DNA from: Octopus vulgaris
Lineage: Eukaryota
DNA length: 64,000 bases
NCBI GenBank assembly: GCA_951406725.2
Contig: OX597826.1
Coordinates: forward strand, 17,174,001-17,238,000
Direction of reading: 5' to 3'
Below are positions 55,499 to 64,000 of the stretch, piece by piece. The position numbers were made by a program, and so were the translations under genes. Within the stretch, counting starts at the first letter, position 1. Each line of letters opens with the position of its first letter. Under the pieces are notes generated by a model. That model searched no databases and had not been told where the DNA came from. It saw nothing but the letters and a program-made list of their open reading frames with translations.

Positions 55499-55978
55499 AT
55501 AGAATGATACTTGTTAAGATCCACTAGAATTGATTTATTCCAATCTTCTTTAGAATAGGAAAAAAAGGATTCAAGTCGAGATGACATTGCTGTTGATGAC
55601 CTGGAGGGTTAAGTGAGTGTGGGAAGGTTGTTTAGTATAAACGAGAAAAGGATTAGAATATGGTGATTTAATAATTTCTCCTCTAATGTATTTCCTCTAA
55701 AATAAGATTGAATTTTACTATTTCGATAACTTAAACGATAATTTCTTGCTTTTAAATATCTTTGATGAATTCTAAGTAAAATTACTGGGCGTCATACTTG
55801 TTTGCTTCTTCAATACGAATTTATATATTTTCATTCCGAATATATATCAATCGAATTTTCGAAATTTGTGAAGCAATCAAATTGCCTTAATTCAATTCTC
55901 TAAGGTATTTAACTCTAAAATGTGTATCAGTTAACTAAAAACATACTTGTAGATGTCTATTTATTTCTCAATAACTTA

Positions 55979-57201
55979 CGAGGGTTGGTTGAAAATTTCA
56001 TTGGCTGACGAAGATATTCTCGGGGAATGTGACCAAATGAGGTTTACTCTTTAAACATAATATCTCTTGCAGTTCCCACACTTCTTTCATCGGTGTTAGA
56101 CTACTTCGATCTCATTGGTGCAGCAGTTATGACGTCAGCATCACTGCGATACTGATTCCAAGCTAAGTGTTTTTATATTGGAAAATAGATGAAGTCGGAT
56201 GGGATCAAATCAGGAGAATAGGGTGGAGCTTGATCAACCAGTTCAAAGCCACAGTCACGCATTGTAGCCATTGAAACCAAAGAATTGTGTGCTAGAACTT
56301 TGCCCTGATATAACAACCTCACCGGGTCTTTGGTCTCCATAGCCTTTCGTAAATACCCCAGCAAGTTGATATGGTATTTTCCATTGATGGTGTGACATAT
56401 TTGAAGATAGTCAATAAACACAATGCCTCTTACATCCCAAACAACAGAGGCCATCACTATCCCTGCAGATGAAACGACCTTGGCTTTCTTTGGACCAGGT
56501 GAGGAGAGTTGTTTTCACTGCATGGATTGTCTCTGTCTCTCGCTCAAAGTGCTGAAGCCAACACTCATCCTGGATTAGGAAATGTTCAAGGTAACCAGAT
56601 GGATCTGCCTCAAACAACTTTATATTATTTCCTGGTGCACTTTTGATCAGGTGTCAGAAGACGTGCCACACACTGAGGGGAAACTTTTTCATGCCAAGTT
56701 CATCGTGCAAAATATTCTCAACTCTCACGGGATATGCTAATAGCATTGGCTATTTGATTTATAAGCAATCACCTGTAATCCATCACAATGTGGTGAACAC
56801 AACCAATGTCTTCTTCGGTGGTGGCAGATGCAAGACCTCCAGACCATGGGTCATTTTCAACACTTTCCTTTCCCTTCCTATATTCGGCTGCCCACTTTTG
56901 CACTGTTGACAAAGCTGGAGCGACATCTCTTAATGTAGCATACGTGCCAACATGAATGCCCATCGGGGCTAAACCCATTTTCTGCAAGTATACAATACCT
57001 CGATGCCAAATTTTGTCCATTTTCATGAGAAGACATTACTAGTTACTTTTTTAAATCTTCTTTAAACAGTCAGATATCATTTTTCCTGGGAGGAAACAAT
57101 GCAGTTATTAATTAGAAGTGTTGAAATTAATGGATGCAAGATTTCACTGGTGGAGTATCACTCCTTCATAGTCAAGCCTATGAACTTTTCAGCCCACCCT
57201 C
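55979..57201 (-). mobile_element. Inactivated mariner element
   Basis: TIRs cgagggttggttgaaaatttcatt and atgaacttttcagcccaccctc. Motifs MDKIWHRG..YLQK.GL, APALSTVQKWAAE, MASV.WD.RGIVFIDYL and PPYSPDL.PSD, with stops and frameshifts. Confidence 0.92.
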
Positions 57202-58034
57202 CATTTTATAAAGGAGGCGCAGAAATCGAACCCACTTTTCACATAACATTAACAGTGCTTATATAAGTCTTTTTCCAAACATATATTTCTATGCTAAATT
57301 CACCGCAAAATTTTCCCGGCCCCTTGTCTAGATAGATATAAAAGTGGGAAATTGTAACCTTCACGCTTTTACGTAGAGTGAATTAGCAGAGACTAAAACG
57401 CAAATAGATGAATCGTCATAGTAAAAATTTACGTGACCAGGTTACCTTGCTGTCACACATGCCATAAAAGAAATTAAAGCCTGCACTGCTGGTCAATCAA
57501 AACGGTTAGCAAGGTGAATTTTATCAGCCTTTGTGAATATGATATAGTGATAAATATCTTGCCATTGACCAAAAACTGTGAACTGAACACCAACTATCAA
57601 TCCTTTGAGCAGAAGTCTAACATCTTATCCGCACTAGTACTTAACTAGATTTAACATATATATTTAACATATATACTTTGATGTAGATTCATATATTGTT
57701 TGCACATTGGTAATGGAATTTAAAAAGAAAACTCGATGTGCTCTGAATTTTTCTAAGGACTTGCTAATTAGATATATTCAAAGATAACAGTAAATTATTC
57801 ATATCACGAGAGGGACACCAAATTAATCACTTTCCAAATTATATTTTCTTTTGCAGCGAATAAAAGTTATCTTTCTACATCGATTGCCACATGCAGTTCA
57901 GCGGTCATAAATGAACGAAATTCTTTACGGTAAAAGTATAGCTGTTGACAAAACTAAATATACTTCAGTTAATATATCCATATACACATATATGCATTCA
58001 TATATATATATATATATATATATATAAACGTGTG

Positions 58035-58073
<39 letters not shown>

Positions 58074-58419
58074 GTGTATGTGTGTGTGTATGTGTGTCTG
58101 AAGGCGCGTGAATTAATGGTTAGGGTATTCAGTTCGCGATTTCAGTATATATGCACATGTCTAGACATGCAAATATATGCATGAGAATACATAAAAGCAA
58201 ACTATACCAATCTGCAGATGCACCGACTCCATATACTGCACACATACACAAATACCTATAAAAAATACCTTGGTGATGTTGAAATTCTAATGAAGGTGTC
58301 TTCGAGCTAAGTTAGAAACCGATTTTTTCTCTCTTGAAATTAAATCTTGAAATAAAACTAATTAATGATATATATATTAATATTTCTAAGCGCATTTGTT
58401 TCTAAGAGCATCAGGAACA

Positions 58420-58483
<64 letters not shown>

Positions 58484-58777
58484 AGTTACATGTAGGGATT
58501 AAAACATTTTAATTCAATTCTTTGGTACTCCGAGTTTCAAGTGTGATGCAAATCTTCAGTCATTTTGAATTTGAATGAGAGAAGCTAATAGTAATTACCG
58601 TAAGGTGTGCTGCGATTTGTCGGGGAAGGTCACGCGGTGTCGTGGTTTGATATTGTTATACCAGCAACAACAGTTACTCGGAAAATACAGCATAGTGAAC
58701 AGGAAATCGACAGCGTGGTGGACAGGAAATCGGTCAAGTTGGTGAAGTAGGAAGGGGCAGTATGTGTAAGTATATAA

Positions 58778-58857
58778 TTGTATATGTGAGTGTGTGGACG
58801 CGCTCATATGGTTCTGCGTGCATGTCTGTACTGATGTGAGCATGCGCATCTGTACAT
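58778..58857. repeat. 80-bp segment with an exact inverted copy at 61310-61389
   Basis: Direct reverse-complement comparison. Both give the ORF string MRMLTSVQTCTQNHMSASTHSHIQ. Confidence 0.95.
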
Positions 58858-59077
58858 GGGCGCGCAAGCACACTCCACCCCCACCCCCGCACACACACAT
58901 ACATATGAACGAACATGCACGTGCACACATATATTCGGATACAGACACACATTTATATGTACAATATCTAATGGTGTTGATTGATACTCATATGAATTTG
59001 GAAACTTTTAACGTAATATAATTTCTTTTTGCAGAATAATCTGACTGAATTAATTGCTAATAAAACCCCTCAAAATT

Positions 59078-59405
59078 ATGAAAGTATCGAAAGTGTATTT
59101 AAGACACATAACGCTTTATGAATTCAAAGAAGGAAACGATGCAGTAGAAGGAACCCGAAATATTGTTAATGGGGTAAAGTGCATGAACGAACGAAGTTGC
59201 AGAAGATAGTTTGCAAAGTTGAAAAATGATGATCTCAGCCTTAGAGAGAGGCTAGAAATAGGACGGCCTGTTGAGGTTGATGATTAGCTTCTTTTGTCAG
59301 AGCTTGAGACCGATAACGCTGCGTCAGTTGATGAATTGACAAGCAACCTCAATTCAAGCCATTCAACAGTTCACTGCCATCTTCAACAGCTTGGAAAGAT
59401 GCCCG
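59078..59405 (+). mobile_element. Mariner transposase 5' fragment
   Basis: MKVSKVYLRHITLYEFKEG.DA.E..RNI, ERSCRR*FAK, GRPVEVDD and SHSTVH.HLQQLGK. Confidence 0.85.
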
Positions 59406-60302
59406 TGTGTATGTGTGAGTGTCTGTGAGTGTTTGTTGTGGCAACAAACACTCACACAAACACACACAACAAACACTCACACAAACACTCTCAACAAACA
59501 CTCACACACACACAAATGTGCACACATATACACATACTACCCTGTTAAATATAAAACACACATACACACACTCATACACACACTACACTGAACTCTAAGA
59601 CCAGTCAAAAAACCCCATACACAAAAGCACATATATATGCACACACACATAGAACCGAGCGCACGCGCGTACACACACACACACACACACACCATCTTGA
59701 ACCCTAAGACCAGTCCAAAAACCACTGAACCATGACAGTCTAGCCCATAAATAAAAAAATCTTTATGATTCCACAAACTATGTGAATGCTTTCCCCCACC
59801 AACCAACAGCCCATAATATTTCTAAAAATAGCAACCATCCTTGCCAAACACATATACAAGAGTGGAGATGAAGAGAAAAGTTTGGCCATTCCCCTAAAAT
59901 TCTGTATAAATACTTGAATGTGATTTCTGATGAAGTTTTGACTAAGCAATACGCGCTTTCTCCTATCAAATACTGTCTCTAAATTCTTTCTGTATATATG
60001 CTTATATACCATCATGATTATTGAAGAACTTATAAATAATTATGAATTTGTTTTACTACCTATTTTTGAACACTTTTATATAATCTGTTTAAACACGAAG
60101 ACCCTCTTAACATTTTCTTATCATTGTCAAAGTCTCTATTTTTAAACACTTTCTTATCATTGTCAAAGACCGTTAACCATTTTTTTAACACCACAAAGGC
60201 TACACAAAGCCTTACAGTTTACATTTGAATATTTTTTAAAGTAAAATCGGTCGAGTCAATAAACATCTTTAAAAGACCTCTGCATTTTCAAATCCTCTTC
60301 CT

Positions 60303-60388
<86 letters not shown>

Positions 60389-60442
60389 TGTGTTGTGTAT
60401 GTATGTATGTAAGCATGTATGTATATGTATATATATATATAT

Positions 60443-61300
60443 ATTATATAATTAGGGCTTAGTAAAATAAATTACTTTGCCACATACTGAACTTAGTAGA
60501 AATAACAGCCAAAAAAAATTTTTTTATTAGCATTTCTACTACTTAGTAGAAATGCGCATTTTGAATTTGTTGACACTGTTTAGTTGGAGTGGTTCATCTG
60601 AAGCGACAAGTTCGCTGATAGGTAAAGTTCCTTCTTTTTAGTGTTTCCAAATCCAAATTAAGAAATTTTGAGCTGACGAAAGAAATGCTGATTTTATTTG
60701 GTTAATCTTGAAACGTTGACGTACTCAAACGATCTATGTACTTGTGATATTTTTCTGTATTTACCCCCAAACCTCCGTGAGCTGCCTGGAGTAAACGTTA
60801 TCTGAGAGAAATTTTTTTAAGTAGTAGAAATGCTAAGAAAAAATTTTTTTTTGGCTGCTATTTCTACTAAGTTCAGTATGTGGCAAAGTAATTTATTTTA
60901 CTAAGCCCTAATTATATAATGTAATATTTTGAATTCGCCTTAAATGGTCCTTTTACATACTGAACACTTGGTGAAATTGATTAATGAATTAATTTTACCC
61001 TCAATTGTTGATATATATATATATATATATATATATTCACAACGACCTCGAACACACAAGTGCAAACAAGAGAGACAGAGAAAGGCAGAAACAAGGAAAA
61101 TGCCACTTATATTTGAACACTATACAAATATTCCTTTAAAAAAACTTTTCTTCTAATTTTTCTAAATTTAATTATTTAATCGCTACAGTTGAAAAGGTCT
61201 CAAAATATTTTGAATTCGCCTTAAATGGTCCTTTTACATACTGAACACTTGGTGAAATTGATTAATTAATTAATTTTACCCTCAATTGTTGATATATATA
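60443..61300 (+). mobile_element. Penelope-like pLTR-type cassette: 103-bp inverted repeats around an HHR, plus a duplicated terminal segment
   Basis: IR arms 60443-60545 and 60818-60920. Direct repeat 60923-61020 / 61204-61300, each copy ending in (TA)n. Confidence 0.7.
60667..60729 (+). ncRNA. Type I hammerhead ribozyme motif (intact core)
   Basis: UUUGAG-CUGACGA-AAGA(22 nt)UCUU-GAA-ACG(uuga)CG-UA^-CUCAAA. 6-bp stem I, 4-bp stem II, 3-bp stem III with tetraloop. Predicted cut after 60723. Confidence 0.85.
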
Positions 61301-61456
61301 TACATATATATGTACAGATGCGCATGCTCACATCAGTACAGACATGCACGCAGAACCATATGAGCGCGTCCACACACTCACATATACAAAATGTTCTTTA
61401 TAAAATTATTTTAGCATTTTCTATCTTGACTTGTTTTTTCATATATATATATATAT

Positions 61457-61767
61457 ATCACCGTGATCACCGTGACCGACCAGGCTATCAGATGTTGCTA
61501 CACATCGCTGGTCACAATGCGCTTTGCATTGTTTTAGCCTTCAAATGATGCCACCCCGCTGGCTAAGCGAGCAGGCCAACAGAAGAACGAATGAGAGAAC
61601 GTTGCGGCGAAAGAATACAGCAGGAATCGCCACCACCCTCTACCGGAGACTCGTGGAGCTTTAGGTGTTTTCGCTCAATAAACATTCACAACGCCCGGTT
61701 TGGGAATCGAAACCGCGATCCTACAACCGCGAGTTCGCTGCCCTAACCACTGGGCCATTGCGCCTCA
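61457..61767 (-). mobile_element. Full-length tRNA-SINE family B in (TA)n
   Basis: Head gaggcgcaaTGGCCCAGTGGttagggcagcgaactcgcggttgtaggatcgcGGTTTCGATTCcc; tail repeats (cacggtgat)2. Confidence 0.92.
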
Positions 61768-61769
61768 CT

Positions 61770-61851
<82 letters not shown>

Positions 61852-62054
61852 GTTTGTTCAGTTATATATCCTTTCTTTCAGAATAATTAATGTGTCTCGG
61901 TGTGTGTGAGACTGTGTCTGTGCGTGGGTGTGTGTGGGTGTAAATGTCTTATATAGGAACGTAGAGATGTGTTCAAATTAATTTTAATATCTTTATAAAT
62001 AAAGGGAGTGGATTTGCTGAATGAGGGGAGCGGTGGGGCATATGCCTTGTGATA

Positions 62055-62260
62055 TACTTTTATTCATTTACTTGTTTCAGTGATTCGACTGCGGTCATGC
62101 TGGAGCACCGTCTTAAAAGGTTTTACTCGAAGAAATTGATCCCAGGACTTATTCTCCGTAAGTCTAGTACTCATTCTATCGGTTTCTTTGCCGAACAGCT
62201 AAGTTACGGGGACATAAACACATCAAGCGATAGCGAGCAGGGACAAACACGGGCACAGAC
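62055..62260 (-). mobile_element. 3' part of SINE family A
   Basis: cttgtttcagtgattcgactgcggtcatgctggagcaccg...ggggacataaacac. Confidence 0.85.
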
Positions 62261-62300
62261 ACACCCTCACACACACCACACACACCACACACACAGAAAC

Positions 62301-62342
<42 letters not shown>

Positions 62343-63299
62343 CATACATACATACACACATACATACATACATACATACACACATACATACATATGTTCA
62401 CACATACATTCACACATACATACATACATACACACATACATACATATGTTCACACATACATTCACACACATACATACATACATACATACATACATACATT
62501 CACACGTACATACACACATACATACATACATACATGCATACATGCATACATACATACATACATACATACATACATACATACATACATACATACATACATA
62601 CATACATACATACATACATACATACATACACATATGCATATACTGAATTTGAACCTCACTGGTATCAGCTTTCACTTTTATCCTACTAAATTGATAAGGT
62701 AAGTATTTATTCAAATACTCGATCATGTGCTCTTTTCTCAGTATTACTGGTCCTGTGCCCCTATAATAAATGAAGTTTTATCCTATGCTGTTACTTATAT
62801 ATTATCTATTTGCTTGTGAGTATTAGTTCTGTAGTATGCTTCAGCCTTCGCTGTCAGAGCCATACGCTAGAATACCACTTTCATGTCCATGGCCAGTCTA
62901 CTTTATTTGATCGTATGAATATACAAAACTGGATGTTGGTCGACTGCCTTGTCGCTATGGTAACAATGACCACGACATGAGTGTTTGTTTATATACAAGT
63001 ATCTTGCTCTTCATAAATAATCTTCTCACTTTAAGTGTCAGTATGCGTTTGATTGAACGCATAACAATTCTTCATGAGAACCACTTAACTAGATGTCCTT
63101 TACCTGAAGAGGCTAGAATCATTAGACGCAATCAACTGAATGGCCACATTATACATTCAACTCATCAATTCCACTTGATATACGGATTCCAAAACAAAAT
63201 GTTACAAGAAATTACAAAATGTAAATTTCGATATTGCATTCGAGTGTGCGGATATGCTTTTGTGTACATTATATATGTATATTATGTGTGTGTGTACTT

Positions 63300-63370
<71 letters not shown>

Positions 63371-63427
63371 TACATATATATATATATAAAATATATATAT
63401 ATATATATATATGGATACATATATAAA

Positions 63428-63492
<65 letters not shown>

Positions 63493-63558
63493 TATGTAGT
63501 TATTCTACCAAATATATACGCTTTTATTATTATATTGCAATTTACTTAATCATCGGTA

Positions 63559-63942
63559 TACTCTTTTACTTGTTTCAGTCATTTGACTGCGGCCATGCTG
63601 GAGCACCGCTTTTAATCGAGCAACTCGACCCCGGGACTTATTCTTTTGTAAGCCCAGTACTTATTCTATTGGTCTCTTTTGCCGAACCGCTAAGTAACGG
63701 GGACGTAAACACACCAGCATCGGTTGTCAAGCAATGCTAGGGGGACAAACACAGAATCACAAACATACACGCACACACACATATATATATACACATATAC
63801 GACGGGCTTCTTTCAGTTTCCGTCTACCAAATCCATTGGTCGGCCCGGGGCTATAGCAGAAGACACTTGCCCAAGGTGCCACGCAGTGGGACTGAACCTG
63901 GAACCATGTGGTTGGTTAGCAAGCTACTTACCACACAGCCAC
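63559..63942 (-). mobile_element. Near full-length SINE family A
   Basis: Highly similar to 26825-27225. Confidence 0.95.
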
Positions 63943-64000
63943 TTTATTTTTTATATTTCTATTATATGTAATTTTCTAGATGGTGTAATTTAATTGTTCA

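Noticed and set aside
58700-58740. RE1/NRSE-like motif (gacagcgtggtggacag)
   Set aside because: Half-site order and spacing do not match the consensus, and REST is not expected in this lineage.
59920-59960. HHR-like ctgatgaag... (also 41455-41495, 54080-54120, 63100-63135 and 33240-33267)
   Set aside because: The GAAA core or the stems are missing; too degenerate to call.

Overview
AT-rich, microsatellite-dense animal genomic DNA. The SINE, LINE and mariner families look like those of a coleoid cephalopod (Octopus), which is my inference from recall and not a database result. The only host gene I can support is four phase-compatible minus-strand coding exons (19992-20173, 19165-19218, 17208-17450, 6211-6315). 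They encode part of the amino-terminal (LIVBP-like) domain of an ionotropic glutamate receptor-like protein; I could not recognise further exons of it in the window. The rest is intronic or intergenic and full of decayed transposons: mariner and maT-like, Gypsy, CR1-like, RTE, Dong/R4, a Helentron-type element and several tRNA-derived SINE families. The main unannotated signal is a set of type I hammerhead ribozyme (HHR) motifs, three with intact cores and about four decayed. They lie in three different carriers: a ~349-bp partial tandem repeat (retrozyme-like), a tRNA-headed SINE-like element, and a cassette bracketed by 103-bp inverted repeats (Penelope pLTR-like). Two intact HHRs are sense to the receptor transcript. 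Several long hairpins could form dsRNA in the pre-mRNA. Most ORFs in the supplied track are microsatellite artefacts. All alignments and coordinates were worked out by eye.
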